Of a DNA stretch of 32,000 nt, positions 8,679 through 15,839 are shown in pieces; position 1 is the first letter of the stretch; every line of letters starts with the position of its first letter. Origin of the DNA: Cereibacter sphaeroides 2.4.1 (lineage in GTDB: Bacteria > Pseudomonadota > Alphaproteobacteria > Rhodobacterales > Rhodobacteraceae); the NCBI RefSeq assembly GCF_000012905.2, contig NC_009007.1:30001-62000 (forward strand). The letters are read 5' to 3'. The notes under the pieces are model-generated. The model had not been told where the DNA came from and searched no databases. It saw only the letters and a program-made list of their open reading frames with translations. Made by a program: the position numbers and the translations under genes.

Positions 8679-8842
8679 CCCCCCAGCGGCGGCCGGCATT
8701 CAACAGGCCGCCCGAGGGCGGACGGCCCTCGGGCTCCTGCGGGACGGGCGCCCCGGCCTGGGACGACCGGCCGGGCCTGACGCCGGGCGGGGCCCGCCTC
8801 TGCGACCCCCGTCACACGGGCGCTTCTCTTCGGAAGGAGGCC

Positions 8843-9430
8843 TCAGGCGCCGAAGCCCACCTGCCAGATCAGGACCGGCACCGCCGAGAGCGGGATCAGC
8901 GAGACGAGGACGAGCACCCCGTCGCGGGTCAGGAGTCCCGCCGCGAAGAGGGCGATGGCGGCCGAGGCGATCGAGCCCGAGGTGGGGATCAGCTCCATGA
9001 AGGGCATGGCGAGCGTCAGCACGAGGATGCAGCCGAGCGGCAGGAACAGCCAGGGACGATGCACGAGGAAGGTGAGCCGCTTGCCGATATAGCGCTCGAC
9101 CACCTGCAGCGGCTTGCGCAGCCACGAGATCCCCTTGCAGAGCATCCCGCTCGAGACCCGCCGGCGGGTGATGAGGCCCGGCAGCCAGACGCTCCTGCGC
9201 CCGAAGATCATCTGCACGGTCAGGATGAAGACGATGACGGCCACCGTGGCGGTGATGCCCGGGATCGCGCTCGCGGGCGAGACCGCGATCAGCGAGAAGA
9301 CGAGCATGAGCGAGGCGAAGGAGCGCTCGCCCAGCCGGTCGACGATCTCCTGGACCGCGATCTCCTCGCCCTGAATCGCGTCTTCCAGCTCGTCCAGAAC
9401 GTCGCTCAGCGCCCTCGTGCGTTCGACCAT
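8843..9430 (-). CDS. exoD: ExoD-family membrane protein (exopolysaccharide synthesis protein ExoD-like)
   Basis: Track ORF of 195 aa. ATG preceded by GGGGAGAA. The stretch LGERSFASLMLVFSLIAVSPASAIPGITATVAVIVFILTVQMIFGRRSVWLPGLITRRRV matches the ExoD family pattern (short cytoplasmic N-terminus, the P..IPG segment, WLP). Confidence 0.75.
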   Translation of the reverse strand: MVERTRALSDVLDELEDAIQGEEIAVQEIVDRLGERSFASLMLVFSLIAVSPASAIPGITATVAVIVFILTVQMIFGRRSVWLPGLITRRRVSSGMLCKGISWLRKPLQVVERYIGKRLTFLVHRPWLFLPLGCILVLTLAMPFMELIPTSGSIASAAIALFAAGLLTRDGVLVLVSLIPLSAVPVLIWQVGFGA

Positions 9431-9521
9431 CTCGTTCTCCCCGGGTGCCGGCAGGAACGGCGCGGCCCGCCGCTGGTTCCGGCAGCCCCCGATCTCTCAG
9501 GCCCGGAGCGCGGGCGGAGCG

Positions 9522-10628
9522 TCAGGAGGGCTCGCCCGTCCCGCCCACATTCTCGGGCGCGACCGCCACCGTCTTCAGCACCGCATAGGCCCGCCGGCCG
9601 GGCGCGAGATCGAGAAGGCGCAGCGAGCGCCGCGTGATGCGCGCGAGCAGCGCCTCGCCCTCGACCGAGAGCCGCACCAGCGCATCCCGCTCGCCCGGCA
9701 GGATCTCCTCGATCCGCCCCGGCAGCACGTTCAGCGCCGAGATCCCCTGCGGCGGGGAAAGGGCCAGCATCACATCCTGCGCGAGGATCCGCAGGCGCAG
9801 CGGCGCGCCCTCGGGCAGGGCCTCGAGCGCGGGCGTGAGCGGCAGCCAGAGCGGGCCGCCGCCGCTGTCCAGCCGCACGAGCCCGTCGGCCTCGGCCGGG
9901 CCCCGCCGCGCGGCCAGAAGCGCGCCCGCCTCGCGGATGCCGAGCGCACGGGCCGCGGCCGGGCTCGAGAGCACCTGCGCGGCCGGGCCCGCCGCCACCA
10001 CGCGCCCCGCCTCGAGCAGGATCACGGTGGTGGCCAGCCGCGCCACCTCGGCCACCGAATGGCTCACATAGAGGATGGGCAGATGCAGCTCGTCGCGCAG
10101 CCGCTCGAGATAGGGCAGGATCTCGGCCTTGCGGCCCTCGTCGAGCGCGGCCAGCGGCTCGTCCATCAGGAGGAGCCGCGGGTCCGACAGGATCGCCCGG
10201 CCGAGCGCCACGCGCTGCTTCTCGCCGCCCGAGAGCCCGCCGGGCCTGCGCGCCAGAAGCGTCCCGAGCCCCAGCATCTCGACCACCCGGTCGAAATCGG
10301 CCCGCCGCGGCCCCCGCGAGAACCAGCGCCCGTAAAGCAGGTTCTGCCGCACGCTCAGATGCGGCAGAAGCCGCGCATCCTGAAAGACATAGCCCACCCG
10401 GCGGCGGTGAGGCGGCAGCCAGAGCCCGGCCTCGGTGTCGAGAAGCCGCTCGCCCTGCGCCAGCACCCGGCCGCGGTCGGGGCGCAGGAGGCCCGCCACC
10501 GCATTGACCACGGTGGTCTTGCCCGAGCCCGAATGGCCGAAGAGGGCGGTGACGCCCGCGGGCGCCTCGAAGGCCGTGTCGAGGGCGAATTCCCCGAACC
10601 GGTGCTGCAGCGCGACCGAGAGCGTCAT
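9522..10628 (-). CDS. modC: Molybdate ABC transporter ATP-binding protein ModC (with C-terminal TOBE domain)
   Basis: ATG (complement of 10626-10628) at residue 224 of the spurious 591-aa track ORF. Product starts MTLSVALQHRFGEFALD... Walker A GHSGSGKTT, signature LSGGEKQRVALGRA, Walker B LLLMDEPLAALD. The C-terminal part (...ALNVLPGRIEEI...) is TOBE-like. There is a 4-nt ATGA overlap with modB. Confidence 0.9.
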   Translation of the reverse strand: MTLSVALQHRFGEFALDTAFEAPAGVTALFGHSGSGKTTVVNAVAGLLRPDRGRVLAQGERLLDTEAGLWLPPHRRRVGYVFQDARLLPHLSVRQNLLYGRWFSRGPRRADFDRVVEMLGLGTLLARRPGGLSGGEKQRVALGRAILSDPRLLLMDEPLAALDEGRKAEILPYLERLRDELHLPILYVSHSVAEVARLATTVILLEAGRVVAAGPAAQVLSSPAAARALGIREAGALLAARRGPAEADGLVRLDSGGGPLWLPLTPALEALPEGAPLRLRILAQDVMLALSPPQGISALNVLPGRIEEILPGERDALVRLSVEGEALLARITRRSLRLLDLAPGRRAYAVLKTVAVAPENVGGTGEPS

Positions 10629-11323
10629 GCGCCGGCGATCCGGCGGGCGATCGCGCGGCTCAGCCATTCCGACAGAAGCAGCGCGGTCATGGCCACGAGG
10701 ATCGCCACGAGCACGAGGCGGGCCGCGTTGCTCTCGCCGCCCGGCACCTGCAGGAAGCTGTAGATCGCCGAGGGCAGGGTCTGGGTCTGGCCGGGGATGT
10801 TCGACACGAAGGTGATGGTGGCGCCGAACTCGCCCATGGCCTTGGCGAAGGCGAGGATCGCGCCCGCCACGACCCCGGGCAGGATGAGCGGCAGGGTCAC
10901 GGTCAGGAACACCCAGGGCCGCGAGGCGCCGAGCGTCGAGGCCGCCTGCTCGAGCCGGGGATCGACCGCCTCGAGCGCCAGACGGATCGCGCGGACCATG
11001 AGCGGAAAGCCCATGATCCCCGCCGCGAGCGCCGCTCCCGTCCAGCGGAAGGCGAAGACGATGCCGAACCACTGGTCGAGATACTGGCCCACGCTGCCCC
11101 GCCGCCCGAAGGTCATGAGCAGCAGATAGCCCGTGACCACCGGCGGCAGGATCAGCGGCAGATGGACGAGCCCGTTCAGCAGGGCCTTCCCCGGAAAGCG
11201 TCCGCGGGCGAGCGCCAGCGCCACGAGAATGCCGAAGGGCAGGCTCACGAGCGTGGCCACGGTCGAGACGCGCAGCGACAGGGCCACGGCGCGCCATTCG
11301 TCGGGGGAAAGCCAGTCGGTCAT
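10625..11323 (-). CDS. modB: Molybdate ABC transporter permease ModB
   Basis: Track ORF 10625..11326 begins at a GTG; the ATG one codon later (complement of 11321-11323) overlaps the modA stop codon. EAA loop EQAASTLGASRPWVFLTVTLPLILPG. Confidence 0.9.
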   Translation of the reverse strand: MTDWLSPDEWRAVALSLRVSTVATLVSLPFGILVALALARGRFPGKALLNGLVHLPLILPPVVTGYLLLMTFGRRGSVGQYLDQWFGIVFAFRWTGAALAAGIMGFPLMVRAIRLALEAVDPRLEQAASTLGASRPWVFLTVTLPLILPGVVAGAILAFAKAMGEFGATITFVSNIPGQTQTLPSAIYSFLQVPGGESNAARLVLVAILVAMTALLLSEWLSRAIARRIAGA

Positions 11324-12099
11324 CACTTCAGGATCGTGAACCCCTGCGCCTCGAAGACGGCCGCCGCCTCGGGCGCGCCGAGCCGCTCGAAGAAGGCCCG
11401 GTCGGCCGCATCCTCTGCCCCGGTCAGCAGCGCTGCCGGATAGACGATGGGCGGATGGCTCCCGGCCGGGAAGGTGCCCACCACGCTCACGCTCTCGTCC
11501 GCGGCGGCGTCGGTGGCATAGACGATGCCGTAGGGCGCCTCGCCCGAGGCCACGAGCGCGAGCGTCGCGCGCACATTGTCGGCCTGCGCCACGGAGGGGG
11601 CCACCGCGTCCCAGATCCCCAGCGTCTCGAGCGAGGCCTTGCCGTACTGGCCCGCGGGCACCGCATCGACCAGCGCCATGGCGAGCTTCTCTTCGCCGAG
11701 GAGCCCCTTGAGATCGAAGCCCGGCCCGATCTCGACCGGAGCGGCCCCCCGGCCGTGGGCCACGAGCACGAGGCTGTTGCCCAGAAGATCGCGGCGGGTT
11801 CCCTCCGCCACGAGGCCCGCCTTCTCGACCTCGTCCATCCAGTTCACCGCGGCCGACAGGAAGAGATCGGCCGGCGCCCCCTCGATGATCTGCTTGGCCA
11901 GCGCGTTCGAGCCCGCATAGGAGATCGTGACGCTGTTGCCGCTGGCCGCCTCATAGTCGGCCGCGATCCGGTCGAGCGCGGTCTTGAGCGAGGCGGCGGC
12001 GAAGACCACAACCTCTTCGGCGGCCGCCGGCCGCGGCAGGGCGGCCGAGAGGACGAGGAGAAGGGCGAGCGCGGGGCGGCGCAGGGCGTGCAGATCCAT
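11323..12099 (-). CDS. modA: Periplasmic molybdate-binding protein ModA
   Basis: ATG (complement of 12097-12099) gives MDLHALRRPALALLLVLSAALPRPAAA (signal peptide), then EEVVVFAAASL... and ...GIVYATDA, both typical ModA motifs. The track ORF extends 11 codons further to a GTG. Confidence 0.9.
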   Translation of the reverse strand: MDLHALRRPALALLLVLSAALPRPAAAEEVVVFAAASLKTALDRIAADYEAASGNSVTISYAGSNALAKQIIEGAPADLFLSAAVNWMDEVEKAGLVAEGTRRDLLGNSLVLVAHGRGAAPVEIGPGFDLKGLLGEEKLAMALVDAVPAGQYGKASLETLGIWDAVAPSVAQADNVRATLALVASGEAPYGIVYATDAAADESVSVVGTFPAGSHPPIVYPAALLTGAEDAADRAFFERLGAPEAAAVFEAQGFTILK

Positions 12100-12154
12100 G
12101 GGCGAACTTTCCGAACCTCTGACTGTCGGCACGGGCGGTGCGCGCCCGGCCGAA

Positions 12155-12180
12155 CGTTATGTATTCGAACTACATATCAC
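12155..12180. promoter_or_regulatory. Mo-box (ModE operator) upstream of modA
   Basis: CGTTATGTATTCGAACTACATATCAC contains the perfect inverted repeat TATGTA-N7-TACATA. It lies about 55-80 nt upstream of the modA ATG. It resembles the E. coli modA operator / R. capsulatus Mo-box class (TAT-rich inverted half-sites flanked by CG), from memory. Its first 12 nt match a second site at 14846-14870 at 11 of 12 positions. Confidence 0.7.
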
Positions 12181-12499
12181 TCCGGGTGGCCGGGCGGCCG
12201 CAAGGGTTAATTTCTCGCCCCCCGGCCGGGGAGGCCCCGGGGCTCCGCGGAACGCCCTCGGGACGCGCGGCGCGCGGCACCGCTGCCCGCGGGCTCCGGG
12301 CGCTCCCCCGAGGCCGCCCGCAGGGGCCGGGCCCACCTCGCGCCGCGGGCCGCGCGGGCGCCGGGGTTCGGCGCTTCCCGTCGGCCCGGGCTGCGACGGC
12401 GGGCCGCAGCCTGCGCCGGAGGCTCCCACGCGGGCCGCGACTGGGCTCCGCCCGGCGAACGGGCATTCCGCCCAACCCTTGGGCGCTGCGCGAGAATCG

Positions 12500-12529
12500 G
12501 GGAAGGCGCGGGTCCGGAAGCGCCTTCCC
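12500..12529 (-). terminator. Perfect 10-bp GC-rich hairpin downstream of mop (possible terminator or structured element)
   Basis: GGGAAGGCGC (12500-12509) pairs perfectly with GCGCCTTCCC (12520-12529) across a 10-nt loop. On the minus-strand RNA it is followed by CCGAUUCUCG, a weak U tract. A second perfect hairpin, GGGGCGCC-ACAA-GGCGCCCC, lies at 12540-12559. Confidence 0.3.
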
Positions 12530-12633
12530 GGAACGGCACGGGGCGCCACAAGGCGCCCCGGTCGAGGTCCGGGCGGCCGCCCGAGGAGGATCGGACCGTC
12601 CCCGCTGCGTGGGTCCCCGGGACCCGGGCGGGC

Positions 12634-12837
12634 TTACTTGCCGACCATCACATCGGAGGATTTGATGATCGCACAGGCCTCGTCGCCCACCTTGAGCGCC
12701 AGATCCTCCACGGCCTCGTTGGTGATGGCCGCGGTGATGATGGTGCCGCCGACATCGATGCGGACATGGCTCGTGACGGTGCCGGCGATCACATCGACCA
12801 CTTTCCCCGAGAGCACGTTGCGGGCGCTGATTTTCAT
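12634..12837 (-). CDS. mop: Molbindin Mop (single TOBE/Mop-domain molybdate-binding protein, 67 aa)
   Basis: ATG (complement of 12835-12837) preceded by GGAAAGGA. Product: MKISARNVLSGKVVDVIAGTVTSHVRIDVGGTIITAAITNEAVEDLALKVGDEACAIIKSSDVMVGK, a textbook Mop/TOBE sequence (ISARN.L.G.V ... A.IK). The 152-aa track ORF is an in-frame upstream extension without support. Confidence 0.9.
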   Translation of the reverse strand: MKISARNVLSGKVVDVIAGTVTSHVRIDVGGTIITAAITNEAVEDLALKVGDEACAIIKSSDVMVGK

Positions 12838-12872
12838 GATGGTTCCTTTCCATGGACAGGCCGCGCTCCCGC

Positions 12873-12889
12873 GGCCGGGGGCGTGCCAG
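12873..12889 (-). promoter_or_regulatory. Candidate sigma54-type promoter element upstream of mop
   Basis: The minus strand reads CTGGCACG-CCCC-CGGCC. The -24 element matches YTGGCACG completely. At the -12 position only the invariant GC is present, at the correct GG-N10-GC spacing. The GC lies about 37 nt upstream of the mop ATG. Confidence 0.3.
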
Positions 12890-12980
12890 AAGCCCCTTTG
12901 CCGAAGCTGCGCCCGCGGGCGGGGGCCCGGCAACGGGGTCCGGGCGCGGCCTGCCGCCGCGGGCGCCGCCGCGAACGCTT

Positions 12981-13005
12981 CAAAAGCCGCGGAGGCCGCC
13001 CGCGG
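12981..13005 (-). terminator. Intrinsic-terminator-like hairpin plus U tract inside the modD-mop spacer
   Basis: The minus-strand RNA reads CCGCGGG-CGGCC-UCCGCGG (7-bp stem including one G-U pair, 5-nt loop) followed by CUUUUG. A T run after a GC hairpin is conspicuous in this GC-rich DNA. It lies about 170 nt after the modD stop and about 145 nt before the mop ATG. Confidence 0.4.
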
Positions 13006-13174
13006 AATGCCTCTGGCGATCGGGTGGCCGCGCTCTCGCCGGGCAAACCCGGACAGCACCGGAGGATGACCGTCCCGCAGAACGGAAGGCACGCGCCCGG
13101 CACGGCGGAGACCGCGCGGCCCCGGGCCTTCCCCCGGGCCGGAACGGGCGCCCTTCGGGGCCTTCCCCGACCGT

Positions 13175-14008
13175 TCAGGCGGGCTCCAGCGTCACCGCCA
13201 CGTCCCGGGGCGGGGCCTGATAGGGCGCCGAGGTCACCAGCACCTGCGCCCCGGCCGCGGCATAGGCCGCCGCATTGCCCGGATGGATGCCGCCCGCCGC
13301 GGCGATCCGCACGGGGCGGCCCTCCAGCGCCCGCACCGCCTCGGCCACCGCCTCGGGCGGGAATTTCTCGAGCTGGATCACATCCGCCCCGCCCTCCGCC
13401 GCAGCCTCGGCCGCGGCGAGCGAGGTCACCTCGACCACGAGGTGCTTCTCGGGGCAGGCGGCACGCAGCCGCGCGAGCTGCGCCCGCAGGTCGCCCGCCG
13501 CGAAGGGGCTGTGCTCGGGAAAGAGCAGCACCGTGTCCGACAGCCCGGTGCGGTGCAGCGTGGCGCCCCCCGCCGTCACCGCCTTGAAGGCCAGCGCCCG
13601 CGTGCCAGGCACGGTCTTGCGGGTGCAGGCCACCACCGTGCCGGGCGCGCCCTCGGCCGCGGCCCGGACGAGGGCCCCGGCCGCGGTGGCAAGCCCCGAG
13701 GCCCATTCCATCAGCGTCTGCGCCACCTTCCAGCCCGCGAAGAGCGCCTCGGCCGGGCCCTCGACGGCGAGGATCGGCGCCCCCGGCGCCCGCTCGGCGC
13801 CCGAGGGCGCCGCGATCTCGGCCCGGGCGCCCAGAAGCGCGAAGATCCGCGCCGCCTCCTCGACGCCCGCCAGCACCATCGGATCGCGCGCGGCCATCCG
13901 GAGCCGCCCGGGCGCGGGCCCGATGCCGAGCGCCCGGCTGGTCAGGTCGCCATGGGGCAGGTCTTCCTGCAGGAGCGCGAGGAGCGCGCGGTCGTCGAGA
14001 AGAAACAT
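13175..14008 (-). CDS. modD: ModD (quinolinate phosphoribosyltransferase-like molybdenum transport protein)
   Basis: ATG (complement of 14006-14008) gives MFLLDDRALLALLQEDLPHGDLTSRAL..., the ModD/QPRT-type N-terminus (L..LL.ED.P.GDLT). The rest has a QPRT-like TIM-barrel pattern (...VEVTSLAAAEAAAEGGADVIQLEKF...AAGGI...). The track ORF starts 6 codons earlier at a GTG. Confidence 0.85.
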   Translation of the reverse strand: MFLLDDRALLALLQEDLPHGDLTSRALGIGPAPGRLRMAARDPMVLAGVEEAARIFALLGARAEIAAPSGAERAPGAPILAVEGPAEALFAGWKVAQTLMEWASGLATAAGALVRAAAEGAPGTVVACTRKTVPGTRALAFKAVTAGGATLHRTGLSDTVLLFPEHSPFAAGDLRAQLARLRAACPEKHLVVEVTSLAAAEAAAEGGADVIQLEKFPPEAVAEAVRALEGRPVRIAAAGGIHPGNAAAYAAAGAQVLVTSAPYQAPPRDVAVTLEPA

Positions 14009-14047
14009 GGGAACGGGTCCTGTCACGGGAAGGGAAGGGGGCGGCCC

Positions 14048-14836
14048 TCAGGGCAGCGCCACGATCACATGGCTCGCCTTCACGAGCGCGGTCGCCCGGT
14101 CGCCCGGCTGCAGCGCCAGCGTCTCGGCGCTCTCGCGGGTGATGGTGGCGGCGAGCGTCTTGCCGCCGCCCAGATCCAGCACGATCTCGCTGTTCACCTG
14201 CCCGTCGGTGCGGCTGGCGACCGTGCCGCCCAGACGGTTGCGCACCGAGAGCTGCGCGAGTTCGTCGCCGCGGGCGAGGATCACGAAGCTCGACTTGACC
14301 AGCGCGAAGACCTCGGCGCCGGGACTGAGGCCCATGTCGGCCAGGCTGCGCTCGGTGATGACGGCGGTGAGGATCTGGCCGCCGCCGAGATCCATCTGCA
14401 CTTCGGCGCTCACCTCGCCCTGGGTCAGGGCGGTCACGGTGCAGCGGTAGACGTTGCGGGCCGAGGTCTTCATCATCAGGCTCCAGAGAATGTCGGCGGG
14501 ATGGAGGGCCAGGCGGGTCTCGAGGGTGGACAGAACGCGCGAGAGCCCGTCCTCGATGGCGGCGAAGGCCGCGATCACCTGCTCGCCCTCGGGCGTGACG
14601 AGGGCGCCGCCGCCCGTCCGTCCGCCGGGCGCCGCGGTGACGACGGGGCGGGCGAAGAGGTTGTTCATCGCCTGCACCGCATCCCAGGCCGCCTTGTAGG
14701 ACAGGCCCACCTCGCGCGCCGCCGCCGCGATCGAGCCCGTGCGCCCGATGGCTGCGAGCAGCGCCACCCGCTCCGCCCCCATCCGCGCCTGTCCCGGCCG
14801 CTCGACCGTCAGCGCCCCCCTCAGTCCCTCCGGCAT
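14048..14836 (-). CDS. modE: Molybdate-dependent transcriptional regulator ModE (MopA/MopB-like)
   Basis: ATG (complement of 14834-14836) gives MPEGLRGALTVERPGQARMGAERVALLAAIGRTGSIAAAAREVGLSYKAAWDAVQAMN, colinear with the E. coli ModE HTH (..ISLLKHIALSGSISQGAKDAGISYKSAWDAINEMN). Two Mop/TOBE repeats follow (KTSARNVYRCTV..., LSVRNRLGGTV...). The track ORF start 10 codons upstream would place the Mo-box inside the coding sequence. Confidence 0.9.
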   Translation of the reverse strand: MPEGLRGALTVERPGQARMGAERVALLAAIGRTGSIAAAAREVGLSYKAAWDAVQAMNNLFARPVVTAAPGGRTGGGALVTPEGEQVIAAFAAIEDGLSRVLSTLETRLALHPADILWSLMMKTSARNVYRCTVTALTQGEVSAEVQMDLGGGQILTAVITERSLADMGLSPGAEVFALVKSSFVILARGDELAQLSVRNRLGGTVASRTDGQVNSEIVLDLGGGKTLAATITRESAETLALQPGDRATALVKASHVIVALP

Positions 14837-14845
14837 CGGCCCCTC

Positions 14846-14870
14846 CGATATATATGCTGAATGCATAACG
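14846..14870. promoter_or_regulatory. Mo-box (ModE operator) immediately upstream of modE (autoregulation)
   Basis: The minus strand reads CGTTATGCATTCAGCATATATATCG. It lies 10-34 nt upstream of the modE ATG, is an imperfect palindrome (CGTTATGCAT / ATATATATCG), and is nearly identical in its left half to the modA Mo-box. Confidence 0.65.
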
Positions 14871-14944
14871 ACCTTAGCGCGCCCCGCGCGGGGGCTCCAG
14901 TGCTCCGGTCGCGGCGGGAGCGGCGGTCCTGCGGCGGGCCGGGG

Positions 14945-15649
14945 TCAGCCCTCGGCCGCCTCCGGGGCCGGCGGCAGGCCCATGGCGGCGCAGATCGTGG
15001 CCAGATGGGTGGCCATTGCGCGGTGCGCGGCCGGCCCGTCGCCCGCGGCGATGGCCTCGACCACCCGGGCATGCTGGTCGACATGGGCATGGGTGAATTC
15101 CTCGACCCCCACCCGGCGGTAGGTCCGGTCCCATTCCCGCTGCCAGACCGCCCGGCAGCGCGCGCCCGAGAAATGCCGCAGGAGCGCGATCAGCAGCGGA
15201 TTGCGCGCCACCTCGGCGATGGCGCGGTGGAAGGCGTCGTCGGCCCGCTCGCAGGCGGCCCGGTCGCGCGCGGCCCGCCCCTCGGCCAGCCGCCGCCGCA
15301 GGAGCGCCACATCCTCGGCGCTCCGCCGCGCCGCGGCCGCCGCCGCCACCGGCGGCTCGAGCAGCAGCCGCGCATCCATCAGATCGGCGGGCGTCGCCGC
15401 CTCGAGCAGCAGCGCATCCCGCACCGGCCGGCCGAGCGGCGCCCGGCCGCGGAAGGTGCCCTGTCCCACATGGCGCCAGATCCGCCCCTCGGCCTCGAGC
15501 GCGGCCAGCGCCGTCCGGAGCGTCTCGCGGCTGCAGCCCACCAGATCCTTGAGCGCGCGCTCGGGCGGCAGCCGGTCGCCCGCGGCCGGGGCCCGCTCCT
15601 CGAGGATCCGCCAGAGCCGGTCCCGCGCCTCCTGCCGTCCCATCCGCAT
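14945..15649 (-). CDS. GntR-family (FadR/FCD subfamily) transcriptional regulator
   Basis: ATG (complement of 15647-15649) at residue 115 of track ORF 14945..15991. The product MRMGRQEARDRLWRILEERAPAAGDRLPPERALKDLVGCSRETLRTALAALEAEGRIWRHVGQGTF shows the GntR wHTH. The all-helical C-terminal half (...DAFHRAIAEVARNPLL...HARVVEAIAAGD...) is typical of the FCD domain. Confidence 0.85.
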   Translation of the reverse strand: MRMGRQEARDRLWRILEERAPAAGDRLPPERALKDLVGCSRETLRTALAALEAEGRIWRHVGQGTFRGRAPLGRPVRDALLLEAATPADLMDARLLLEPPVAAAAAARRSAEDVALLRRRLAEGRAARDRAACERADDAFHRAIAEVARNPLLIALLRHFSGARCRAVWQREWDRTYRRVGVEEFTHAHVDQHARVVEAIAAGDGPAAHRAMATHLATICAAMGLPPAPEAAEG

Positions 15650-15764
15650 CGCGCCCCTCCGTCCGGACCAATTTGCAGACCAATCCCGCGGCGTGACAAG
15701 AGACGTTCGTCCGCTCCCGTTCGATCCCGCCCTCTCGCTTCCCGCGCCGGCCCATCCGCTCCCG

Positions 15765-15794
15765 CCCCGCCTGATCCTGCCCCGCCTGATCCTG
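15765..15794. repeat. Perfect 15-nt tandem direct repeat (CCCCGCCTGATCCTG x2) in the GntR/TauE divergent intergenic region
   Basis: Read directly: copies at 15765-15779 and 15780-15794. Both sides are flanked by CCGGCCCATCC (15748-15758 and 15808-15818). It lies 45-75 nt upstream of the TauE ATG. Confidence 0.8.
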
Positions 15795-15839
15795 CCCCGG
15801 CCGCGCCCGGCCCATCCCGATCCCCTCCGGAGGTTCTCC

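Noticed and set aside
9522-11297. 591-aa ORF that appears to fuse modC with upstream sequence.
   Set aside because: The first 223 residues lie out of frame over modB (which has its own clear frame and EAA loop). The ModC homology begins at MTLSVALQ, with an ATGA overlap to modB.
12203-12218. TTAA-containing word GGGTTAATTTCTCGCC as a possible CtrA half-site or modA -35 element.
   Set aside because: There is no second TTAA at N7 spacing, and its distance to the TATGTA/TACATA region does not fit a sigma70 spacer.
12157-12853. ORFs of 114-227 aa in the mop-modA spacer and over mop, and the 152-aa extended form of mop (12634..13092).
   Set aside because: There are no family signatures and the translations are R/P/G-rich. 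Mop proteins are about 67-70 aa, and the internal ATG at 12837 has a proper RBS, so the extension is not supported.
15765-15794. Possibility that the 15-nt direct repeats are a CRISPR array or a mobile-element end.
   Set aside because: There are only two contiguous copies without spacers, and no cas, transposase or integrase genes anywhere in the window. I treated it as a regulatory or slippage repeat instead.
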